Shown: positions 46,959-55,258 of the stretch, one piece after another
Layout: each line of letters opens with the position of its first letter
Numbering within the stretch: position 1 is the stretch's first letter
NCBI GenBank assembly: GCA_965279375.1
Contig: OZ257156.1
Span: 4,800,001 to 4,864,000 of the forward strand
Reading direction: 5' to 3'
DNA: 64,000 nt
Source of the DNA: Gemmatimonas sp.
GTDB taxonomy: Bacteria; Gemmatimonadota; Gemmatimonadetes; Gemmatimonadales; Gemmatimonadaceae
Notes under the pieces: model-generated
Databases searched by the model: none
What the model saw: the letters and a program-made list of their open reading frames with translations, nothing else
What the model was told of the DNA's origin: nothing
Translations under genes and position numbers: made by a program

Positions 46959-48287
46959 ATGTCCCTGCTCGACCGCGCGCACTCAGTGGCGCCGCTGGAC
47001 TACGATCGCTGGCGAGTGCCGCCATCCGCGCTGGCCATCCATCTTGCGATCGGTCAGGCGTATGCGTTCAGCGTCTTCAACTTGCCGCTGTCGCGTCTGC
47101 TGGGCGGTGCCGCCGCTGCGCCCGGTGACTGGAGCATCAGTCGCATCGGCTGGGTGTTCAGCACGGCCATCGTGGCGCTCGGGCTCTCTGCCGCACTCTT
47201 TGGTCGATGGCTCGAGCGCGTTGGACCGCGATTGGCGATGACGACGGCGGCGCTCTGCTTTGCTGGCGGGCTGCTCGTCGGCGCGGCTGGTATTGCCACG
47301 CATCAGTTCTGGTTGCTCCTGCTCGGCTACGGCGTACTGGGCGGCATTGGATTGGGCATCGGCTACATCTCGCCTGTGTCCACGCTGCTCAAGTGGTTTC
47401 CCGATCGTCCGGGCATGGCGACTGGACTCGCGATCATGGGCTTTGGTGGTGGTGCGATGATCGCCTCGCCGCTCTCGGTCGCGCTCATGGCGCGATTCAA
47501 GTCCGACACGAGCCCCGGGGTCGCCGAAACATTTGTAGTGCTCGGCGTGCTATATCTGGCCTTGATGCTGTTCGGCGCGTTCACTGTGCGCATTCCGGCA
47601 CCGGGCTGGGCACCGAGCAACGCGAATGCGACCGCCGCGCGCGCCGTGCCGCAGGTCGCGTCGGTGACCGCTCGCGACGCGATTCGCACGGCACCGTTCT
47701 GGCTGCTGTGGATCATGCTGTGCACGAACGTGACGGCGGGGATCGGCGTGCTTGGACAAGCGTCGGCGATGATTCAGGAGACGTTCCCGGGTCGCATCGG
47801 CGTCGAGGCGGCCGCAGGATTCGTCGGCGTGCTCAGTCTCGCCAATCTCAGCGGACGCTTTCTGTGGTCGTCGCTGTCGGACCACATCGGTCGACGCGCC
47901 ACCTATCTCACCTTCTTTGCGTTGGGCACGGCGCTGTACGCATGCATTCCGTCGGCCGGTCGATCGGGGAGCGTGCCGCTCTTTGTCGGCGCGTTCGTCG
48001 TGCTGCTCACGATGTATGGCGGCGGCTTCGCGACGATTCCCGCGTACTTGCGCGATCTGTTTGGCACGCAGGAAGTCGGCGCGATTCACGGGCGACTGCT
48101 CACGGCATGGTCCACCGCCGGCGTGCTCGGCCCCGCGCTCGTGAACTACGTGCGTGAGTATCAACTGGCGAACGGCGTCGCCGAGAGTGAAGCGTACGGC
48201 GTCACGATGTATGTCATGGCGGTGCTGCTCGTGGTCGGGCTGATCGCCTCGCTGCGCTTGCGCAGCTACTCGGGGGCACGCGTATGA
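46959..48287 (+). CDS. MFS transporter, oxalate/formate antiporter (OFA) family
   Basis: IGQAYAFSVF, KWFPDRPGMATGLAIMGFGGGA, PAYLRDLFG, IHGRLLTAWS. Confidence 0.92.
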   Translation: MSLLDRAHSVAPLDYDRWRVPPSALAIHLAIGQAYAFSVFNLPLSRLLGGAAAAPGDWSISRIGWVFSTAIVALGLSAALFGRWLERVGPRLAMTTAALCFAGGLLVGAAGIATHQFWLLLLGYGVLGGIGLGIGYISPVSTLLKWFPDRPGMATGLAIMGFGGGAMIASPLSVALMARFKSDTSPGVAETFVVLGVLYLALMLFGAFTVRIPAPGWAPSNANATAARAVPQVASVTARDAIRTAPFWLLWIMLCTNVTAGIGVLGQASAMIQETFPGRIGVEAAAGFVGVLSLANLSGRFLWSSLSDHIGRRATYLTFFALGTALYACIPSAGRSGSVPLFVGAFVVLLTMYGGGFATIPAYLRDLFGTQEVGAIHGRLLTAWSTAGVLGPALVNYVREYQLANGVAESEAYGVTMYVMAVLLVVGLIASLRLRSYSGARV

Positions 48288-48391
48288 CGCGACGCTGGGG
48301 ACCGCTGATCGCGGCGTGGCTGGTGGTGCTGATCCCCGCGGCGTGGGGAGTCACGCAGACGTTTTTCAAGGCACTCGCGCTCTTTCGGTGA
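48284..48391 (+). CDS. 35-aa small membrane protein, putative OFA-MFS small subunit
   Basis: MTRRWGPLIAAWLVVLIPAAWGVTQTFFKALALFR; ATGA overlap with the MFS stop. Below the ORF-track cutoff. Confidence 0.75.
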   Translation: MTRRWGPLIAAWLVVLIPAAWGVTQTFFKALALFR

Positions 48392-48558
48392 CGGCCGCAC
48401 CCTAACGCCCGATCGCAACCCCTTTATTCGCAGGGGCTTGAATTTCGTCCCTGAGAGGGTAAGCGTTCCCGCATTGTGACGGCCGACATAGGCTGCGTAT
48501 TGTTGCGCGACGTCGCGTAATGCAGCGGATGTTGGTCTTCTCCGCCGGGAGCGTGCGC

Positions 48559-49635
48559 ATGAAGCAGTCGTCGCCTGAGCCCCAGCCGAACCGCTACACC
48601 GCCATCACCTCCGCCAGCGCCCCGTCGCTCCGCGGCGCATACTCGCCTCCGAGCGAAGTCGCCCCCGCTGCGCTGCAGGAGCTGCGTGACGCAGGATTCG
48701 ATCTGCTCGACACCGTCGCACGTGGCGGATTTGGCGTGGTGTATCGCGCTAGAGAACGCGCACTCGAGCGTGATGTCGCGATCAAGCTGATCGATCATCA
48801 GTCGTCGCAGCGAGCGGGCGCACCGCAACCGATGCAGGAGATCGCGTCGCTCTCGGCGCTGCGCCATCCGAACGTCGTGCCGTTGTATGGCTCGGGCATC
48901 CTGCAGGGTGGCATCGCATATCTGGTGATGCCGTGGATCGACGGGAGTTCGCTGCGGGCACGTCTCGCGCGCGATGTGCAACTCCCGGTCGAGACGGTGC
49001 TGCGCATCGGGATCGAACTGGCCGATGCGCTGGCCGCATTTCACGCGCGCGGTCTCGTGCATCGCGATGTGAAGCCCGAGAATGTCTTGCTCGACGGCGA
49101 ACGCGCGATCCTCATCGACATGGGGCTGGTGTGCGCGAAGCGCGACGCGTTGCCACCGGACGCAGAGGCGGAGCCCTTGATCGGCACCCCGAGCTACATG
49201 AGCCCCGAACAGTGGACGCCGGGCGGTGCCATTGATGGTCGCGTCGACGTGTATGGACTCGGCTGCCTGCTCTACGAATTGCTGACGGGCGCGCTGCGAC
49301 ACGAGCGCAATCCGCTCCGCTCGCGCGCGAAGAACCCGTTCGTGTGGACGGAGAGCGCGCATGCCTCCGATCTGCTGTCGCCTCCGCAGGGCGATCCGTG
49401 GCGCACGCGGCCCAGCCTGCGGCGGCGGCGTCCCGACGCGCCAGTTTCACTCGAGCGCCTACTCTACCGCGCGCTCGATCCGGACCCGGCCAAACGCCTC
49501 TCGTCGGCGCCGGAGTTCAAGCAGGAACTGGAGGCCGTACAGCGCACATTCCTTCGCGCGCCCACCCCGCTGCGCGGCCTGCGCGCACTGCTGCAGGCCG
49601 CGACCAGCATCGGACGTACGGCAGCGCAGGATTAA
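48559..49635 (+). CDS. Stand-alone cytoplasmic Ser/Thr protein kinase
   Basis: ARGGFGVV, VAIK, HRDVKPEN, DMG (for DFG), GTPSYMSPE; no TM segment. Start 48520 or 48559. Confidence 0.85.
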   Translation: MKQSSPEPQPNRYTAITSASAPSLRGAYSPPSEVAPAALQELRDAGFDLLDTVARGGFGVVYRARERALERDVAIKLIDHQSSQRAGAPQPMQEIASLSALRHPNVVPLYGSGILQGGIAYLVMPWIDGSSLRARLARDVQLPVETVLRIGIELADALAAFHARGLVHRDVKPENVLLDGERAILIDMGLVCAKRDALPPDAEAEPLIGTPSYMSPEQWTPGGAIDGRVDVYGLGCLLYELLTGALRHERNPLRSRAKNPFVWTESAHASDLLSPPQGDPWRTRPSLRRRRPDAPVSLERLLYRALDPDPAKRLSSAPEFKQELEAVQRTFLRAPTPLRGLRALLQAATSIGRTAAQD

Positions 49636-50693
49636 GTCGCTGCCGAGCCCACCGAGTCCCCCACGAGCGGCATCACCTGCTCGGCGAATCGCTCCATCTC
49701 TTCCAGCTGCGGGCTGCTCTGCAGCAACAGCAGGTTGATACCCACCGATTCCAGTTCTCGCACGCGATCGGCGACTTGCTCAGGCGTGCCGACCAATCCC
49801 GCGCGCAAGCCGCGGTTCGAGACCGAGTAGTCCTGCAGCGACAGCCGCTGGTCGAGCTGCGTGTTGCCGATCCAGTCCTGATAGTTGGCGTAGCCCGGTG
49901 ATCCAGGCTGCACGTTGGTGATGCGGTCGAGCTCGCGCTTGGCTTCCGCCTCCGTGTCGCGCACGATCGCGTAGGCCGCCATGCCGAACTGCATCGGGCG
50001 CAGACCCGCGCGTTCGCGACGCGCGCGCATGTCCGCAATCTTCGGCGCAATGCGCTCGGCCGGATCGCCGTGCATCACATACGAATCGCACTGCGTGCTG
50101 ATAAGCGTCTTGGCCGCGTCCGACTCGCCTCCCGCGTACAGCACCGGATGCGGTCGCGACCAGCTGGATACCGGCTTGGGTTCGACGATCAACTCGTCCA
50201 CCTGGTAGTACGCACCCTGATAGCTGAACGACGGCTCGCGCCACGCGCCATGGAGCACGTCGAGCCATTCGGCGGTGCGCGCATAGCGGTTGTCGTGCTC
50301 GTCGAACTGCGACCCGTAGCGACGCGCTTCGTCCTTCCACCACGACGACACCACGTTGAGCGACAGGCGGCCGTTGCTGATCAGGTCGATGTTGGCCGCT
50401 TGCTTGGCCAGCGTGGCTGGATGATGAAACGTGGGGCGCACCGCCACCATCAACTCGAGACGCGACGTGACGGCGGCCAAGGCGGCCGCCGTGGACCACG
50501 CATCGAGCGCTGGCGCCGACACGCCCTTGATGTCGTTCAAGAAGAGTTCGGCGATGAGCGTGAGATCGTAGCCAATCTCCTCACTGCGACGCGCCAGACG
50601 CTGCACGTACGGCCAAGTCGCCTCCATGCCCTCGTCGGGCACATTGCGCAGCCAGCCGCCGAAGATCGGGAGCCAGTAGCCGTAGCGCATCAT
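49632..50693 (-). CDS. Luciferase-like (LLM-class) flavin-dependent monooxygenase, SsuD/SfnG-like
   Basis: YWLPIFGGW, LDAWSTAAALAAVT, AVRP, GRLSLNVVS, YAGGES, GLVGTPEQVA. Confidence 0.9.
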   Translation of the reverse strand: MMRYGYWLPIFGGWLRNVPDEGMEATWPYVQRLARRSEEIGYDLTLIAELFLNDIKGVSAPALDAWSTAAALAAVTSRLELMVAVRPTFHHPATLAKQAANIDLISNGRLSLNVVSSWWKDEARRYGSQFDEHDNRYARTAEWLDVLHGAWREPSFSYQGAYYQVDELIVEPKPVSSWSRPHPVLYAGGESDAAKTLISTQCDSYVMHGDPAERIAPKIADMRARRERAGLRPMQFGMAAYAIVRDTEAEAKRELDRITNVQPGSPGYANYQDWIGNTQLDQRLSLQDYSVSNRGLRAGLVGTPEQVADRVRELESVGINLLLLQSSPQLEEMERFAEQVMPLVGDSVGSAAT

Positions 50694-51688
50694 CCCGCCG
50701 TCACGAGCGCGCCGACACCCGCCTCCTGCTCCGCCTTCTCGACGCGCGACTGCAGGTAGTCCACCAGCGGCACCCAGGGATCGAAACCGACCACGTTCGG
50801 TGCGTCGGCGACGAAGTTGGACAGCGCGTTGACGTCGTAGAAGTAGTGCTTGCCGTCGCGATCATCCACGAGGAATTCGATGCCGCCCACATCGATGCGC
50901 GCGGCCTTCGAGATGCGCTCCACCTGCGCGATGATCTCCTCCGACGGATGCGCCGCTTCCACACGCATCCCCGACTTGGGTGCGTCGATCGCGCACGCGC
51001 CACCTACCAGCGCGACACCAGACGTCGTCTGGCACGCGTCGGCCGGGCACAGGTCGAACGAATCCTGCGGCGGATAGACGTTGATGGCGTAGAGATACTT
51101 GCCGTTGAGCGTCTCCACGCGGGTGATGTGTCCATTGCGAAGCGGGGCCGCTTCCTGCACGAGCGCCGTGCCGTCCACGCCGAGATCGACCGTGCCTGCA
51201 GCAACGGCGTCGGCGAGCGCTTCGCGTGTCTCGTAGCGCACGATGCCCGCGCCCGATCCACCCACGTTCGCCTTCACCAGCACCGGGAAGCGAAAGCCCT
51301 CGGCGGCATCAAGCGCACGCGACGCACTGTTGATGACCCGCGCCTTGGGGAACGGCAGGCCAAGCTGGCGCAGCAGATCGAGCTGCGTGGCCTTGGAGAG
51401 TTCGAACGTGTACGCATCGGCGCCGTTCACCACGGGGACGCCCAGTCGCTCGAGATGTCGCAACCAGTGCAGCGTGTAGAAGGTGCTCTGCGCATGTCCG
51501 CGCAGATACGCCGACGGGCTGGCGCGATTGAACACCAGCGACCACGGCGTGGAGCGTTCGGCGGGATCGAAGAGATGCGCCGCCGCATCGAGACGCGCAT
51601 ACGGGAGACCGCGGCGATCCAGCTCCGCGAACAATGGGCGGAACCAGTCCGGGTGCTCGTGATAAATGGCAATCGGGAGTGCAGACAT
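50690..51688 (-). CDS. ATP-grasp ligase (RimK/GshB-like)
   Basis: FPVLVKANVGGSGAGI, LVQE, GGIEFL, YDVNALSNF; overlaps the LLM start. Confidence 0.88.
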   Translation of the reverse strand: MSALPIAIYHEHPDWFRPLFAELDRRGLPYARLDAAAHLFDPAERSTPWSLVFNRASPSAYLRGHAQSTFYTLHWLRHLERLGVPVVNGADAYTFELSKATQLDLLRQLGLPFPKARVINSASRALDAAEGFRFPVLVKANVGGSGAGIVRYETREALADAVAAGTVDLGVDGTALVQEAAPLRNGHITRVETLNGKYLYAINVYPPQDSFDLCPADACQTTSGVALVGGACAIDAPKSGMRVEAAHPSEEIIAQVERISKAARIDVGGIEFLVDDRDGKHYFYDVNALSNFVADAPNVVGFDPWVPLVDYLQSRVEKAEQEAGVGALVTAG

Positions 51689-51725
51689 CCGAACGCTCCA
51701 GCAAAGGGAACGCCGTCCAGACACG

Positions 51726-51754
51726 AAAAAGCCCGGCGACAGAAGCCGCCGGGC
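51726..51754 (-). terminator. Intrinsic terminator (riboswitch expression platform)
   Basis: Minus strand GCCCGGCGGC-TTCT-GTCGCCGGGC-TTTTT, between the aptamer and the ATP-grasp start codon. Confidence 0.85.
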
Positions 51755-51757
51755 ATT

Positions 51758-51809
51758 CGCGTTTTAGCTCGTTGTTTTACGTGGCGGCAATAGGCGGCAA
51801 AAGACCACG
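51758..51809 (-). ncRNA. SAM-II class riboswitch aptamer
   Basis: Minus strand CGTGG-tcTTTTg-CCGC-ctaTTGC-cg-CCACG-tAAAacaacga-GCTAAA-acGCG. Has the P1 stem, UUU, UUGC, GCUAAA and a 3' pseudoknot partner as in SAM-II. Confidence 0.8.
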
Positions 51810-51912
51810 ATCCATCAGTTGTTCCTGCAGACTAGATGCGGGGACAAAAGTGGTCAAGCACTGAGAATATCAAAATTGGGACAGTTTGCTGAGCCGCACC
51901 GGCACTCGGCGA

Positions 51913-53994
51913 CTACCGCGGCCAGCTGTTATCCGCCGGGTTCTTGTCCGGAAAACGCTTGTGCGGGTCGAGCGTGAGCTTCTCGATCTTGCGGCCGCCA
52001 AACACGAGCTCGGCGTTGAAGGTCTTGCTGCCGGCGAACCAGACGTCCACTGGCCAGGTCACGACCGCGGTCACGCTGTCCGTCATCACCGCGTTCTTCA
52101 TCGGGCGAATGGCCGGACCGGTCGGCGCGAACTTCACCTCCAGCACCACCGGCGACGGCATCTGGCCGTCCTGCTTCACCACCACGCTGGTGCGGAAGCC
52201 CTTCGTCTTCACGGTGTCGATGCGCGCGTCCACACTCTCCGTCGTGAACAGCCACGCGTTCCAGAACCAGCTCAGATCCTGACCCAGCGCTTTGTTCATG
52301 AAGAACATGTAGTCCCACGGCGACGGGTGCTTGAAGAGCCACGCGTTGGCCCACTCGCGGTGCGCGCGCTGCACGGCGCTGTCACCGACGATGCCGCCGA
52401 GTGCGGAGAGCATGAGCGGCGTCTTGCTGTAGGTCGTGAAGCCGTAGAAGCCGGGGCCCGCGTAGTTGGCGTTCCACATCATCGGCGGTTCGGCTTCATT
52501 GCCGCTGGTGCGGCCGTAGCTCTGTCCCGGCCCGTCGAGCACCGGCGCACGCTTGGCTGCATCGGCGTCGGAGAGGATGTTCATGTACTGATTGAAGCCC
52601 TCGTCCATCCAGCCGTACCACGTCTCGTTATTGCTCACCACCATCGGCCACCACTGATGGCCCGTCTCGTGGTCGGCAGCGCCCTGGTTGGAGTTGATGA
52701 CCATCGGGTACTCCATGCCGGCGCTGGGGCCGTCCTGCAGCGTGAGCTGCGGAAACTGATACGGGAACCAGAGCTTGCTGTAGAACTCGAGCGCGTGGCG
52801 CGAGATCTCGCCGGCACGAGCGTACTGCGCCGCGCGTCCCGGCAGGTAAAGCATGTGCACCGGAATCGCGCCCTTGGTCGGAATCGTCGCACGCGTGGCC
52901 GTCCAGACGAACTTCTTGGCGGTGGCCCACGCGAAGTCGTTGACCGTGTCGGCATGGAAGCGCCAGACGAGGCGGCCGCGTGCGTCACCCGTGGCGGTCG
53001 CTACGCCGGGCCCCACTTCTTCGGGTCCAACGATGGTGGTGTTGGCATCGGACGCGGTCACGGTCGCGAGCCGCTCGCGCGCCTTGGCGGTGAGCACCTG
53101 CTCCGGGTTCTGCAGCACGCCCGTGCCGCTCACGATCCAGCCGGCGGGCACATCGATGCGCACGTCGAAGGTGCCAAAGTTGTTGTAGAACTCGGAGGGA
53201 CCGATGTAGAGCTCGGAGTCCCAGCCGCGGAGATCGTCGTACACGGCCACGCGCGGGAACCACTGCGTGGGCTGGTAGAGCGTGTCTGCCCAGCGCTGCA
53301 CCATGCGATGCCCCGAGCCGGGGCCACCGGGCAGCTTGTGCGACCAGTCGATCTCGATGGTCGACGTCGCGCCCGCGGCGATGGCGTTGCTGAGTCGGAC
53401 GCTCGCCGACGTGGACCGACCGTTGCGCAGTACCGGCTCCGAGGCAGGCGCGTTGGCCGCGTTGGCTTGGGCGGCCGCGATGGCCCGCGCGCCGGATGCA
53501 CCGTCGCCAGCCGGCGCGCTATTGGAAGAAATGTTGACCGTTTTGCCGTCGATGGACATGCGCGAGATGACCATGCCGTCGGTCACCTCCGCAGGCACCC
53601 ACGGCGCCGCGTGCGGCGCATTGCCGAGGAAGTGATTCGGGTCGAGTCGGAGCGCGATCGCCGTGAGCGAATCCTTGCTGGTGTTGTGCAGGGTAATGCG
53701 CGCCTTGCCGGTCAATCGGGACGTAGACGGATCGAGCGCGACATCGATGCTGTAGTCGGTGCGCAACTGCCAGTAATTGCGACCGGGACGACCCGTGGAG
53801 TCGCGGGTGCCGGCAGCGTACGCACGACGGATGGCGCTGGTGATCGGGATGTCGCGACGGATCGCGCGCTCGGGCAGCTTGGCGGCGGCAGCGCCGCGCG
53901 CAGTAGCCTGAGCGGCCAGCGAGGTCGCGGACGCGAACGTGAGCAGTGACCAAACCGTGACGCGCGCGACGAACGGACGATGACGACGGGACAT
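51913..53994 (-). CDS. M1-family zinc metallopeptidase, secreted (second paralog)
   Basis: Signal peptide, GMEYP, HETGHQWW...DEG; shares WFPR.AVYDD.RGW with the 34371-36377 gene. Confidence 0.9.
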   Translation of the reverse strand: MSRRHRPFVARVTVWSLLTFASATSLAAQATARGAAAAKLPERAIRRDIPITSAIRRAYAAGTRDSTGRPGRNYWQLRTDYSIDVALDPSTSRLTGKARITLHNTSKDSLTAIALRLDPNHFLGNAPHAAPWVPAEVTDGMVISRMSIDGKTVNISSNSAPAGDGASGARAIAAAQANAANAPASEPVLRNGRSTSASVRLSNAIAAGATSTIEIDWSHKLPGGPGSGHRMVQRWADTLYQPTQWFPRVAVYDDLRGWDSELYIGPSEFYNNFGTFDVRIDVPAGWIVSGTGVLQNPEQVLTAKARERLATVTASDANTTIVGPEEVGPGVATATGDARGRLVWRFHADTVNDFAWATAKKFVWTATRATIPTKGAIPVHMLYLPGRAAQYARAGEISRHALEFYSKLWFPYQFPQLTLQDGPSAGMEYPMVINSNQGAADHETGHQWWPMVVSNNETWYGWMDEGFNQYMNILSDADAAKRAPVLDGPGQSYGRTSGNEAEPPMMWNANYAGPGFYGFTTYSKTPLMLSALGGIVGDSAVQRAHREWANAWLFKHPSPWDYMFFMNKALGQDLSWFWNAWLFTTESVDARIDTVKTKGFRTSVVVKQDGQMPSPVVLEVKFAPTGPAIRPMKNAVMTDSVTAVVTWPVDVWFAGSKTFNAELVFGGRKIEKLTLDPHKRFPDKNPADNSWPR

Positions 53995-54156
53995 GGACGC
54001 GATTGGGAAAGGGAGAAATGGCAACAGGAGTACGCTGGGGGGCGCGGGGTATCGGGGCAAGGCTGATCTCCCCGGAGAAGCGGGCCGAGGTGCATTCCCG
54101 GAGGCATTTCCGCGGCTACATTCTGCGATCATGAATGCTTCCCGCCCCGCTGCGGC

Positions 54157-55257
54157 ATGACGCTGGCGCTCGAACGTATCGCGCACCGTGTTGGCCAGGC
54201 GACGCACATCTATCCGCTCGACCTCACGCTCGAGGCAAACGCGCTGACCGTACTTCTCGGTGCGACGCGCGCTGGCAAGACAACGTTGCTCCGCATCATG
54301 GCCGGACTGGATGTGCCATCGGAGGGACGCGTCCGTGCAGACGGCACCGACGTGACGGGTCGATCGGTGCGTGATCGCAACATCGCGATGGTCTATCAGC
54401 AGTTCATCAACTATCCGTCGCTCACGGTGGCGGAGAACATCGCCTCGCCGTTGCAGCGCCAGGCCGCGAGCGGTAGCGGCTTGTCGAAATCAGAGATTGA
54501 GGCGCGTGTGCAGGCCATCGCCACCCGACTCAAGATCGACCAGTTGCTGGACCGCCGGCCAGCGCAGCTCTCGGGTGGGCAGCAGCAGCGCGTGGCACTG
54601 GCGCGTGCACTGGCCAAACGTGCGCCGCTGATGCTGCTGGATGAACCGCTGGTCAATCTCGACTACAAGCTGCGTGAGTCGCTGCGCGACGACCTGTGCG
54701 AGCTGTTCGCCGCCGGAGAGTCCACCGTGGTGTACGCCACGACCGAACCCGCTGAGGCGCTGTTGCTGGGCGGGCACACGGCCGTGCTCGACGCGGGCGA
54801 GCTCCTGCAGTACGGCCCTACGCACGAGGTTTTCCACGCGCCGCGTTCCCTGCGCGTGGCACGTGCGTTCAGCGATCCGCCGATGAACTTTCTCGCCGGT
54901 CACGCGGCGGAAGGACAGGTGCGGTTGGCGAACGAGAACGTCTGGCCGATCACCTCGCCACACGCGAGTGCGCCACTCACCGGTGCGTGCACGGTCGGTC
55001 TGCGTGCGGGCGCGCTACGCCTGACGCAGCGCCCAAACGACATCTCCATCGCCGCGACCGTCACGCTGGCCGATATCGCGGGCTCCGACACGTTTCTGCA
55101 CGCCGACACCATGCTCGGCGGACTGGTTGCGCAGTTGCCCGGCGTGGTGCTGCTCGATGCGGGCGAACGCGTGGTGCTGCACTTCGATCCATCGCAGCTT
55201 TACCTGTTCGATGGCAACGGCGCGCTCGAGCTGGCACCGCAGCTGGGGCGACGCTGA
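54157..55257 (+). CDS. glpS: Glycerol ABC transporter ATP-binding subunit
   Basis: GATRAGKT, MVYQQFINYPS, LSGGQQQR, DEPLVNLDYKLRE, YATTEP. Confidence 0.85.
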   Translation: MTLALERIAHRVGQATHIYPLDLTLEANALTVLLGATRAGKTTLLRIMAGLDVPSEGRVRADGTDVTGRSVRDRNIAMVYQQFINYPSLTVAENIASPLQRQAASGSGLSKSEIEARVQAIATRLKIDQLLDRRPAQLSGGQQQRVALARALAKRAPLMLLDEPLVNLDYKLRESLRDDLCELFAAGESTVVYATTEPAEALLLGGHTAVLDAGELLQYGPTHEVFHAPRSLRVARAFSDPPMNFLAGHAAEGQVRLANENVWPITSPHASAPLTGACTVGLRAGALRLTQRPNDISIAATVTLADIAGSDTFLHADTMLGGLVAQLPGVVLLDAGERVVLHFDPSQLYLFDGNGALELAPQLGRR

Positions 55258-55258
55258 C

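Noticed and set aside
54085..54130. Short CATT(C/T) direct repeats upstream of glpS as a GlpR site
   Set aside because: Too short and degenerate to distinguish from chance, and no glpR in the window.
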